NCBI GenBank assembly: GCA_009693165.1
Contig: SHXX01000001.1
Location: 71,248 to 135,247 of the forward strand
Length of the DNA: 64,000 nt
DNA from: Chloroflexota bacterium
GTDB lineage: Bacteria; Chloroflexota; UBA11872; UBA12225
Direction of reading: 5' to 3'
Below the pieces are notes generated by a model. The model made no database searches and was not told where the DNA came from. It saw nothing but the letters and a program-made list of their open reading frames with translations. Below, one piece after another: positions 47,621 to 57,800 of the stretch (position 1 is its first letter; every line of letters starts with the position of its first letter). The position numbers were made by a program, and so were the translations under genes.

Positions 47621-50600
47621 TTGCCGGGCAGGAGTGTGCAGGTGGGCCTGACGCGTCTTTCCTTGGCGAGGCCAGTCGCAATCGTGATGCTCTTCGCCGC
47701 CCTGGTGGTCCTGGGTCTCCAAAGCTACGGGAGGCTCGCCGTAGACCGCCTTCCCCCAACGAACTTTCCCAGTGTCTCGGTGAACGTCAACTATCCGGGA
47801 GCGTCGCCACGAGACATCGAGACCCTGGTTGCCATTCCCCTTGAGAAGGCTGTCGCCGGCCTGCGGGGTGTCGACACGGTCAGTTCGACGTCCTCCCTCG
47901 GGTCTGCGAGGCTGAACATCAACTTCACCGAGGACACCAACCTCGATCAGGCGGCGATCGATGTTGAGAAGCGCCTTGCGGCCGTGCGCAGTCAGCTTCC
48001 AGCCGATGCGTCCGCGCCATCTGTCGTGAAGGCAGACTTCGGTTCCTTCCCGATCATGAATATCGTGATGTCGGGTGGGGGCAGGTTGACAACCACCCAG
48101 TTGTATGACCTTGGCATTGAGCAAGTCCAACCCCAGCTCCTTCAGGTCGATGGGGTTGCCGACGTCGGCATTTCTGGTGGGCGTCAGCGTGAGATTCAGG
48201 TCCGGGTCGACCCGCTGCGACTGAAGGCCTTCGATATCAGCTTGCAACAGGTTGTGACGTCGCTGGGAAGCGAGAACCTCAACGCCCCATCAGGAACACT
48301 GCGTATCGGAAATGCGGAACCAAACGTCAGGTTCACTGCACTGGCCCAGAGTGTTGCAGACCTCAAGAACATCGTGGTTCTACGAGGTGGTGCAGGCGGT
48401 GCGGGTGGTGCAGTGGTTCCGCCGGTCTATGTCAAGGACATCGCGGAGGTTCTTGATACGTATGCCGAGCAGTCCAGGCTTCAGCGGTTCAATGGCGAGG
48501 AAGCGGTCGGCATCACCGTTACCAAGCAGCCTGACAGCAATAGCATCAAGGTAGCTGATGGGATCCGCGCCGCGGTTGAACGGGTGCAGCGAAGCGCACC
48601 CCAAGGTGTGACGTTCCGCATTGCCAACGACACGACGAAGTACACGCGGTCCGCATTGAACGATGTCCAGGTTGACCTTGAACTTGCGGTGGTGATCACC
48701 GGTGCGGTCCTGATGGTCTTCCTCCACTCGTGGCGCAACACCGTCATCGTGCTTCTTGCCATTCCGACATCCCTTATTAGTACCTTCCTGGTCATGTACT
48801 TCATCGGGTTCACCCTGAACTTGATGAGCCTCCTTGCGCTTGCCCTCCTGATCGGCATCCTGGTCGACGACAGCATTGTTGTCCTCGAGAACATCCACCG
48901 GCGCCTTGGGCTTGGTGAGACACCGATGGTCGCTGCCCTTCGAGGACGGTCGGAGATCGGACTTGCGGCCATCGCGATCACCCTGCTTGATGTTGTGGTG
49001 TTCGCACCAATTGCATTCGTGAACGGGAATATCGGCAGCCTGTTCAGGCAATTCGGCCTCACGATCGCTGTTGCAACGCTGTTCTCGCTGTTGATCTGCT
49101 TCACGCTCACGCCGATGCTTGCCTCACGTTGGCTCAAGGAACACGACCGTGAAGGGGACGACGAGGCCACGGTCGCGGGGTTCACTGGGGGTCTCCTCGC
49201 GATGGCCGCCGGAATCTACGGCTCGCTTGCATTTCTTGGCGATACGTTCGCCGGCCAGACCGTTCCCGTGCCCGGATGGGTCACCTCGTTCATCAACAGT
49301 GCGACCGGGGTCCAAGCCCCCACTTCTGGCGGTTTCGGAGGGTCCGCCGGGTCCGCCGTGGCCGGCCAGACGCTCGGCGTTGGTGGCCTGGTAGCACTCG
49401 GGATAGGGACTGTGCTCTTCCCTATCGGGTGGTTCGCCCTTAGACCGGTTGCTCGAGTCGTCATGCGCACGTTTCCGCGTGTCTGGGATGCCGGATACGG
49501 AGCGATTGCGCGTGGGTACAGAACCATCCTTCCCGGGGTCATCCGACTCCGGTTCCTCGTCGTGCTTGGTGGTGTCGGAATGCTCTGGGGAACCATCGCG
49601 ATGGTTCAGGGCAACGTCATCGGCTCGGAATACGCGCCACTCGAGGATGAGAACCAGATCACGATGACACTCCGGATGCCCCCGGGGGCCACACTTGAGG
49701 CAACCGACAGGGTGACTCAGCAGGTCGAGAGCATCGTCATGGACAAGACGAGGTTCCCGGAGGTGAAATCAGTCTTCACGTCGGTTGGCGGTGGAGGCGG
49801 TGGGTACGGAGGCGGAGGTGCTGGACGTTCCAGCAACCTGGCCATCGAGTTGGTGGATCGTGGAACGCGCAAGCGCACCGTCTGGGATATCCAGACGGAG
49901 TTGCGATCGCTTGGTTCCGGGCTGCCTGACGTCACGGTTGGGACCAACCTGCCCGCGGCACTCGGCGGTGGTGGTGGTGGAGGCAACGTCAGCGTCAGGA
50001 TTCTCGGGCCAGACCCGGAAGTCCTCGGGCGGATCGCAGATCAGTACGAGGCGCTTCTGAGGCGCACTCCTGGCATTGCGGAAGTGTCAAACTCCGGCCA
50101 GTCCGGCGTTCCCGAGTTGCGCGCGACCGTGCGACGCACCCAGGCATCCGACCTAGCGGTGACCAGCACAACGGTCTCACAGGCCATGAGGACTGCCATC
50201 CAGGGGACGGTAGCGACCCAACTCCGCGTGCAGGATCAGGCTCAGGCGGATGTTCGAGTGCTGGTCAGGCGCGACCAGTCGGGCACGGCGCTCAATCTTG
50301 AGGATGTGCCAATCCTCACCACCCGTGGCGTTCTGGTGCGGCTCGGACAGGTTGCAACCATCGAGAGTGCAACCGGTCCCTCGCAGATCAACCGTTCCGA
50401 GCGAAACCGGTCAGTCAGTGTCAGCGGGCCAGTCGTGGGCAGGCCACTGAGCGAAGTCGCTGCCGAGATCAGGCAAGCCCAATCAACGATCCCGCTGCCA
50501 GCCGGATACCGGGCCTCGGTCGGCGGCGCCGTCCAGCAGCTTGACCGCGCTATCACGGCCCTGTCGGGCGCGCTTGGGCTCAGCCTCGTGCTGATGTACC

Positions 50601-51214
50601 TGCTGATGGCGGCGCTTTACAACTCGTATCTCTCCCCGTTCATCGTTCTGGCATCGCTGCCCTTGGCAATGGTCGGCGCGCTCGGCGGGCTCTACCTGCT
50701 CGACATGACCCTCAACATTTTCAGCTTGATCGGCATCATCATGCTCACCGGTCTCGTGAGCAAGAACGCGATCCTTCTGGTTGACTACACCAACACCCTC
50801 CGCAGTGAGGAAGGGTTGTCCGCGCGCGAGGCTCTTGTCCGTGCCGGACCGATCCGGCTCCGTCCGATCCTTATGACGTCTGCCACCCTGGTTTGCAGCA
50901 TGCTTCCGATCCTGCTCGGCACCGGACCTGGAGCCGAATCACGCTCACCGGTTGCTGCGGTCATCACCGGGGGCATGATCACCAGCACGCTGCTGACATT
51001 GCTCTTTGTGCCAGCGCTCTACACCTACTTCGACGACCTCGCAAACCTTCCCAGTCGGATCGGTGCCTGGCGCGACCGGCGGCGGTCACGCCGTGCGGGC
51101 ACCGCTGAAGGGACTTCTGACCCGGCGGGTGAGGCCGTGCAGGCCGGAGGTCATTCGCCTCCGGCGGTGCCAGCAACCGTCGCCATCGTCGGAAGCACCA
51201 ATGGCAGGGACTAG
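47621..51214 (+). CDS. RND (AcrB/HAE-type) efflux transporter permease, enlarged (1197 aa)
   Basis: ..LTRLSLARPVAIVMLFAALVVLG.., ..ILVDDSIVVLENI.. and 12-TM RND topology with two large loops. The start is uncertain (TTG 47621, GTG 47636 or GTG 47642). Confidence 0.9.
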   Translation: MPGRSVQVGLTRLSLARPVAIVMLFAALVVLGLQSYGRLAVDRLPPTNFPSVSVNVNYPGASPRDIETLVAIPLEKAVAGLRGVDTVSSTSSLGSARLNINFTEDTNLDQAAIDVEKRLAAVRSQLPADASAPSVVKADFGSFPIMNIVMSGGGRLTTTQLYDLGIEQVQPQLLQVDGVADVGISGGRQREIQVRVDPLRLKAFDISLQQVVTSLGSENLNAPSGTLRIGNAEPNVRFTALAQSVADLKNIVVLRGGAGGAGGAVVPPVYVKDIAEVLDTYAEQSRLQRFNGEEAVGITVTKQPDSNSIKVADGIRAAVERVQRSAPQGVTFRIANDTTKYTRSALNDVQVDLELAVVITGAVLMVFLHSWRNTVIVLLAIPTSLISTFLVMYFIGFTLNLMSLLALALLIGILVDDSIVVLENIHRRLGLGETPMVAALRGRSEIGLAAIAITLLDVVVFAPIAFVNGNIGSLFRQFGLTIAVATLFSLLICFTLTPMLASRWLKEHDREGDDEATVAGFTGGLLAMAAGIYGSLAFLGDTFAGQTVPVPGWVTSFINSATGVQAPTSGGFGGSAGSAVAGQTLGVGGLVALGIGTVLFPIGWFALRPVARVVMRTFPRVWDAGYGAIARGYRTILPGVIRLRFLVVLGGVGMLWGTIAMVQGNVIGSEYAPLEDENQITMTLRMPPGATLEATDRVTQQVESIVMDKTRFPEVKSVFTSVGGGGGGYGGGGAGRSSNLAIELVDRGTRKRTVWDIQTELRSLGSGLPDVTVGTNLPAALGGGGGGGNVSVRILGPDPEVLGRIADQYEALLRRTPGIAEVSNSGQSGVPELRATVRRTQASDLAVTSTTVSQAMRTAIQGTVATQLRVQDQAQADVRVLVRRDQSGTALNLEDVPILTTRGVLVRLGQVATIESATGPSQINRSERNRSVSVSGPVVGRPLSEVAAEIRQAQSTIPLPAGYRASVGGAVQQLDRAITALSGALGLSLVLMYLLMAALYNSYLSPFIVLASLPLAMVGALGGLYLLDMTLNIFSLIGIIMLTGLVSKNAILLVDYTNTLRSEEGLSAREALVRAGPIRLRPILMTSATLVCSMLPILLGTGPGAESRSPVAAVITGGMITSTLLTLLFVPALYTYFDDLANLPSRIGAWRDRRRSRRAGTAEGTSDPAGEAVQAGGHSPPAVPATVAIVGSTNGRD

Positions 51215-51349
51215 ACGGAACCTGAAAACTGGGCGGTTCGGAAGCCAAATCGCCATCCTGATTGGAGGAAGTGAATCCCCACCCTGTTCAGGTCGCTGCG
51301 AGACGCAAGCCGGGACAGGTGCTCCATCAGGTGCCATAGGAAAACATGG

Positions 51350-53884
51350 ATGAACAGCGCTCGTAACCGCCGCTACCGACAGGCCGTCACGGTTGGTGTG
51401 ATCGCCACAATGCTTGCAGCGTGTGGCGGGGGTACCACCCCGCCCGTCGCAGGAGGGTCAACGGCGGGAACCCCGGGTGCACCCGCGCAGCCACAAGGGA
51501 TACCGGTTTCCGTCGTCACGGTAGCCCGAGACAATGTTTCCCAGGTTGTGGGTTATGGCGGTTCAATTGCACCGAAGGCTCAGGTAACCATCCTGCCCAG
51601 GGTCGCTGGACGGGTGATCCGCACGGCCGTCGATACCGGGGCGATCGTGAAAGCCGGCGACCTGCTTGCCGAACTTGACCATGCAACCCTCGATGCGCAG
51701 ATTGCTCAGGCAACAGCGAACGTGGCGGGCGCAGTCGCCAACGTTGCGGCCGCAACCGCACGTCTTGAGACCATCAAGGCCGGGGCGAAGCCGGATGACG
51801 TGGCTGCGGCCCAAGCGGCCGTGGACATTGCCCGGGCCAGGTACGAGCAAGCCCTCGCGGGTGTCCGTGAGGAGGACCTTCGCGCTGCCCAGGCGGCCGT
51901 CGATGCCGCACGAACCCGTCTCGATTTGGGTCGGACTGGGCGGGTCGAGGATGTTCGCGCCGCCCAGGCAGCCGTGGATGCCGCGAAGGTGCGCCTTGAT
52001 GCGGCGCGCGCCGGGGGGCGGCCGGAAGAGATCCATTCCTTGAAGGCCGCGCTTGATAGCGCACGCAACCGCCTTGCGCAGGTCGAAGCTGGCACACGGC
52101 CTGAGGATCTGGGGGCGGCCGAAGCTGACCTGAAGACCGCACGCATACGCCTTACCCAACTCCAGAACCCGCGCGCCGAAGACATCGCGACCGCTCAGGT
52201 CGCGGTCGATCAGGCACGCACCCGGCTTTCCCAGGCCCGCGAAGGCGGGGTTGGCAGCGGCATCACCGCCCGGGCACGTCCTGAGGACCTGAGCACGTTG
52301 GAGCTCCGCGTACAGGCAGCGCAAGCCGCGCTCGACAAGTCGAATACCGATCTTGCGAAGGGCCCGACCTCAACAAGTACTTCGCAGTCGCTCAATCTCG
52401 CGGTCACTCAGGCGCAGATCAATGTACTGACCGCCCAGAATGACCTTGCCAAGGCACGCGCCGTTGGCGGTCCATCGGACTGGGACCTGCGCCTGCTTGA
52501 GGAGGCCGAACAGGTTGCCAAGGTTGCCTTCGAGAAAGTCACCAATCCGAGTGCAAACGACATCGCTGTTGCTCAGGTTGCAGTCGAGAAGGCGCAAGTA
52601 ACCCTCGAGAAGCTGAAGACCGTGACCCCGTTTGACATCGAGGCTGCCCGTCAGGCGGTTGCTCAGGCACAGGGCAACCACGACCGCGTTGTGAACGCGG
52701 ATCCGTCGACTGTCGCGCAGTTTGAAACGGCATACGCGAGTGCCGTCGCCACCCTTGAGAAGACGATTGCACCTGACCCTGCAGCAGTTGCCCAGCTTGA
52801 GACCGTTTACGCAAGTGCCGTCTCGGCCCTGGAGAAACTCCAGAAACCACTTCCGTACGACGTCGAGGTTGCCCGCGCGACCCTTGCTCAAGCTGAGGCG
52901 CAATACAACGCGCGACGGAACCCGTACACCGACCTGGACCGCGCCGCTGCCGAAGCTGCGGTGCGCCAGGCGGAAGCGGCGCTTGCCCAGCAGCAGGCCG
53001 CCTTGTCTCTGCAGTCGGTAAACCTTGGCGAGACCCAGATCACCGCGCCGTTCGACGGCATCATTGCGGAACGCCTCGCAACCGAGGGGGCAGTTGTCCA
53101 GGTTTCCACCCCGGTCTTCACGCTGATCTCCGGAGATACCGAAATTGCCCTGAATGTCGAGGAGGCCGTCATATCCCGGTTCCGGGAAGGTAGCACGGCC
53201 GACTTCACCGTGAACGCATGGCCAGGCGAGAAATTCCAGGGTGCGGTCACGAGTGTGTTCCCGACGGGGGATGCGCGCAGCCGGACGTTCACGGTCAAGG
53301 TGAAGCCAGCGGATCCCGCAGGGAAACTGAAGCCGGGCATGTACGCCCAACTCAGTGTCACGCTTGAACAGCGCACCAACGTGCCGGTGGTCCCTCGCGA
53401 TGCGGTCATCTTGCGGAACGACAAGCCGTTCGTCTTTGTGATCAGCGATAACGTGGCTGCGCTCCGCCCTCTTGAACTCGGCCTCGGTGATGACCGCAAG
53501 GTCGAAGTGAAGACGGGTGTGCAACCGGAAGAGAGCGTTGTGACGAGCGGTCAGGCAACCTTGCGAGACAAAGACGCGGTCCGGATTGTCACCCAAGGTG
53601 CACCAGGGGGTGCGGGCGGACCGCGTCCCGCCGGTGGATCGGGCGCAAGCGGACAGGGTGCTGCGCCGGCTGATGCTGCCGGAGGTGGACAGCGTCCCGC
53701 TGGTGGATCGGGCGCAGGCGGACAGGGTGCTGCGCCGGCTGATGCTGCCGGAGGTGGACAGCGTCCTGCCGGTTGGACTGGTCAAGGTGCGCCGGGTGCT
53801 GCAGGCGGACAGCGTCCTGCCGGTGCTGGCGGACAAGGTGCCGCTGGCGGGGCGCCTCAGGCCACGCCCACCAAGGCACCCTGA
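51350..53884 (+). CDS. RND/HlyD-family periplasmic adaptor lipoprotein, very large (844 aa)
   Basis: Lipobox MLAAC. Barrel-sandwich motifs ..VKAGDLLAELD.. and ..ITAPFDGIIAER... The beta-barrel/MP domain region contains ..GMYAQLSV... A long repetitive helical insert and a Gly/Ala/Pro tail are present. Confidence 0.85.
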   Translation: MNSARNRRYRQAVTVGVIATMLAACGGGTTPPVAGGSTAGTPGAPAQPQGIPVSVVTVARDNVSQVVGYGGSIAPKAQVTILPRVAGRVIRTAVDTGAIVKAGDLLAELDHATLDAQIAQATANVAGAVANVAAATARLETIKAGAKPDDVAAAQAAVDIARARYEQALAGVREEDLRAAQAAVDAARTRLDLGRTGRVEDVRAAQAAVDAAKVRLDAARAGGRPEEIHSLKAALDSARNRLAQVEAGTRPEDLGAAEADLKTARIRLTQLQNPRAEDIATAQVAVDQARTRLSQAREGGVGSGITARARPEDLSTLELRVQAAQAALDKSNTDLAKGPTSTSTSQSLNLAVTQAQINVLTAQNDLAKARAVGGPSDWDLRLLEEAEQVAKVAFEKVTNPSANDIAVAQVAVEKAQVTLEKLKTVTPFDIEAARQAVAQAQGNHDRVVNADPSTVAQFETAYASAVATLEKTIAPDPAAVAQLETVYASAVSALEKLQKPLPYDVEVARATLAQAEAQYNARRNPYTDLDRAAAEAAVRQAEAALAQQQAALSLQSVNLGETQITAPFDGIIAERLATEGAVVQVSTPVFTLISGDTEIALNVEEAVISRFREGSTADFTVNAWPGEKFQGAVTSVFPTGDARSRTFTVKVKPADPAGKLKPGMYAQLSVTLEQRTNVPVVPRDAVILRNDKPFVFVISDNVAALRPLELGLGDDRKVEVKTGVQPEESVVTSGQATLRDKDAVRIVTQGAPGGAGGPRPAGGSGASGQGAAPADAAGGGQRPAGGSGAGGQGAAPADAAGGGQRPAGWTGQGAPGAAGGQRPAGAGGQGAAGGAPQATPTKAP
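53624..53761 (+). repeat. 69-bp tandem repeat x2 (near-identical) with degenerate further copies to about 53860
   Basis: Unit cgtcccgc(c/t)ggtggatcgggcgca(a/g)gcggacagggtgctgcgccggctgatgctgccggaggtggacag encodes RPAGGSGA(S/G)GQGAAPADAAGGGQ. Confidence 0.9.
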
Positions 53885-54185
53885 TCCGCAAAGGTCGGAG
53901 AAATGTTCGACACTCGCCGATGTCTGTTACCGGATGCTCGGAGGGTGTCGATGCCTTCAGGGCCGTTCGGTTCATCGCGGTGACGTCTGGAAGACCGTAT
54001 CGCGGGCTTACCCGTTGGTGCCGGGGTGGTTTGGGCGTCACCAAGCCGAATTGAATAAAGGCCGGGGCTCCCCCAGTTCGGACGTTGCCTCATCCGTGCT
54101 ACCGTGGCTTTGAGTGAGCGTCATGTCCGGTGACCGGGAGTTGGGATCGTCACTCCCATCCGGTGCGGCTACGGAGGATTCACGC

Positions 54186-54671
54186 ATGAAGACGGTGTTC
54201 GAACCCGAAAGTGGTAGCGTCCCGCTGACCGAATCCCGGTTGCACCAGATAGAAGAAGCTGTCGAGGCCCTCGTTGAGGAGGGTGCGGAAGCGGATCGTG
54301 CGGCTGACGATGCGACTGATGCGATTGCCGAATTCGAGTTGCATAAGGCCGTTGACCAACTGAAGGAACGGGTGGCCATCGAACTTGCATTGGACAACGA
54401 AGAGGCGCTTGAAGGCGCCAAGGTCACTCGCGACGTGGTGAACGACGCGTTCGAGCACCGCGTTCATGACGACGAAGCTGAGCGTCAGCGCGAAGTGGGT
54501 CACGCACTCGACGACTCCGAGTGTGCCGGGTCGATGACCGTCTCACACGTTGAGATCATCGCCGAGGTAGATGCCCTCAAGCGTGCCGATACCGAAGCGC
54601 GCGCCCGTGAAATCGGCCACGCACTTGATGCCTCCGATCACGCGGACCGAGTGCGTGACCAGAACGATTGA
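54186..54671 (+). CDS. acidic hypothetical protein with an internal REVGHALDDSE / REIGHALDASD repeat
   Basis: A GGAGGA Shine-Dalgarno lies 7 nt upstream of ATG 54186. The product is highly acidic and helical-looking. No family recognised. Confidence 0.5.
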   Translation: MKTVFEPESGSVPLTESRLHQIEEAVEALVEEGAEADRAADDATDAIAEFELHKAVDQLKERVAIELALDNEEALEGAKVTRDVVNDAFEHRVHDDEAERQREVGHALDDSECAGSMTVSHVEIIAEVDALKRADTEARAREIGHALDASDHADRVRDQND

Positions 54672-54887
54672 CGTCCCCGGTCCGTGGTTGCGCCGAGGGC
54701 GCGACGCGTGGCGCACTCTTGGTTGATTGGCCCTGACGTGCGGCATCGGTCGGCAATAGTCCACACCCCTGCTCCCTGCACTGTTTAACTATGACGTGCT
54801 ATACTTGCATTCGATGCACGCGCGCGCACCTCTACACGTGCCTTGGTTAGTGTTACGGGCGCGAGGACCTCAAGGAGGGCTTGCGGG

Positions 54888-57800
54888 ATGGAATCCGATG
54901 GTGGCCAAATTCACATGACTGGCCCGCGGATAGTGGTTGCCCGGCCCGGCCGGGACACCATCTCCACGCTTCGCGATGCCATTTCTTCGGCACAGGCATC
55001 CGACTGTTTCGCTCCCGTCCTGCTTGTCACGGCGACGGTCGATGCCGGACGCGAACTGCAACTCGCCATCGCTGACGGTGGCTCGTACATCAACGTTTCG
55101 TATGCACGTCTCTCCGAGCTTGCGCCCCGGCTATTGGGGGTGGAGGCGACAACGAGACCGCTTGGGACGACCGCCGAACTCAGCGCGGTTCGAGCCGCCC
55201 TTGCGCGAACGGCATTGAGGAACGGCCGCGGTGATGCGTTCCGCGAAACGCGACACCACCGGTCACTTCATCTGGCGCTCCTTGGCTTGTTCCGCGAGTT
55301 CCGAAGTCGCGAGGCCCATCCGGATGATGTCGTCGCCTTGGGGGCGGCCGGTGCCACTGCCCGGGCGGCGTCGCAGGTCTACTCAGAGTTCAGGGCAATC
55401 ACCGGCCAGGCCTCCGAAGCAGTGTCGCTCGCGCGTGAGGCGGTGGCAGCCCTGAAGTCGCCATCTCAGGCGAACCTTGACGCAATTGCACGACTGGGAA
55501 CCGTTATCCTGATTGGTCCGACAAAGCTTGATCGTGCGGATGCAGACCTTCTGGCAACCCTTGCGCACCAGGCGCCCGTCGTGGTCATCCTGCCACGCCT
55601 TGACGACCCTCGTGGCAGGGCTGACACCCGGGCGAACCGGATTGCCTCGACACTGACCGAGGCGACACTTGCCACTTCTCCGACCGGACCTCTCGCCGGT
55701 ACGGAAACGGTTTTAAATCAGATTAGAAGGGGTGGGGACTTCATTCCCGCCGTCCCGCCACCAGCACTCGTACTCCGCGCAGACCTACAGGTCATCCGTG
55801 CGCCTGATCCTGCCGAGGAGGTGAGGCAAGCCGTCCGCCGACTGCTTGCGGTTGTCGGAAACGGCATGCAATTGCACCGGACGGCGATCGTATACAGGCA
55901 ACGGGATCCGTATCAACGCCTCGTCTCCGAGGTGCTCGATCAGGCAGGGGTGCCCCACGTCGACCTCGGGGGCATGCCTCTTTCCGAGACCCTGCCCGGT
56001 CAGAGGCTGCGTGCGCTTCTCCGTCTTCCGGCCTCCGACTTCTCACGCGCTTCGGTCCTTGCGTGGGCTGAGACGGGGCCCGTCGTGGGGTTCAGACCGC
56101 AGGGGATGGATGAAGGCACCCCGGCCGAATCGGTGACCATCGATGGTGCCGCATGGGACTGGATATCCCGGGAGGCCGGAATTGTCCGAGGCGCTACCCA
56201 GTGGCGCGACCGTCTAGAGGCCTATGCCGACAAGTGCGACGATGACGCCGACGCTGCGCAGACCTGGGCCGAAGGATCCTCACCCGATGTCGAGGTACCG
56301 GTTGGACGCGCCAAGGACGCGCGACTGATGGCTCGCACCATTGGTTATCTGGCCAAACTCCTGACACGTCCGGACTTCCGTGACCAGTTGGATGGGTCCG
56401 GGCAATCGGTCGGCGCGTGGGAAGCGGCATCCGCATGGGCGACCAACCTGCTTTGCGATGCGGCGACGGGTGGCACGCTGGGCCCTGAATCGGCTGCCGG
56501 GACGGAGAAGGCGTACCTCGACCGGATCAAGGGGGTGCTTGTCGGGTTGGCTGCGTCCAACCCTTACGACCTGAACCCGGGCACCGAGACTGTCGTTTCG
56601 GTCATCGAGGCGACACTTGAGAGTACGTCAGTGTCAACCCGCCGCCTTGGGGAAGGCGTTGTAGTGGGCACGATTGACCGGTTACCCGCGGTCCCATTTG
56701 ACCACATTACCATCGTTGGAATGATTGAAGGCGCCTTTCCTCCTCCGGTCGGGGCCGACCCATTCTTTCCCGATCCCGACAACGATCCCTTTGGCAAGCG
56801 GGAATCACATCCAGTCGCCGAACGGGCCACCTTTCTTTCAGCGGTCGCGCTTGCCGATTGCGGCACAGTCACGTTGTGTACGCCCGATTCCGTCGAGGGC
56901 CGTGAGGCCTATCCCGCCAGGTGGTTGCTTGAGTTTGCGGAGGCGCGTCACGGGTCGCCGCTCCCCTACGGGAGAAGCCTTCGTGACCTCTCCGCCTCCG
57001 TCCCGGTTCCCGACTGGCTGGACCACCGTGTTTCAACCCGGGACGGCGCGAGGCAAGCCAACGGGGATCGCCGTCCCGAGCCCGGTTCCGAAGATACGCA
57101 TGGGTCATCCCGCGCGACGTCCGGTGCAGACACCGAGGTTGGCCGTCGTGCCGTCGCGCTAGGTGTCGAGGACCGGCGCATCGGCGCGATAGCCCGGTGG
57201 GTCGACACCGGCCAATCGGCCTCGGCTCACCCGCTCGTGACTGGAGACCTGCCGGTGCGCGCCCTCTGGGAGCGGGCAACGGCGAATGACCCTGATGCAA
57301 CGTCATTCACGCCGTACGACGGCAATGTCGGAACCATGCGCAATACCTCGAGGACGCTGAGGCGCGCACTGGAGGGAAGCCTGTCGGCCACCCGGTTCGA
57401 GACGTGGGCAACCTGTCCGTACCGTTCGTTCCTCAAGGATGTGTTGCGCGTCACGCCAACCCGGATCCCGGCCGACACCTGGGGGGTCGATCCCACGGTG
57501 CGCGGGACCGCAGTCCATGAGGTCCTCGAAACGTGGTACCGGGAACTGTTGGCGCTCGAACGGCTGCGTCCTGATCGCCTGCCAGATGGTTCCGACCTCG
57601 CGTTGCTTGACACCATCGCATCGACGGTGATCGCGAAACTCGAGAAGGAGGGTGCTGCGGGATATCCAGTGGTGTGGCGGGCGTCGCGCGCAACGTTGGT
57701 CGCCGAACTGCGCGAGTTTGCGATTGCGGACGGTGCCCAACGCGTTGAGACCGGCCTAGTGCCGGTGCATTTCGAACAGTGGTTCGGAAAGATATCGCGC

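Noticed and set aside
52370-53836. 488-aa minus-strand ORF (with a similar one at 51563..52324)
   Set aside because: It is antisense to the adaptor gene, whose lipobox and HlyD-type motifs support the plus strand.
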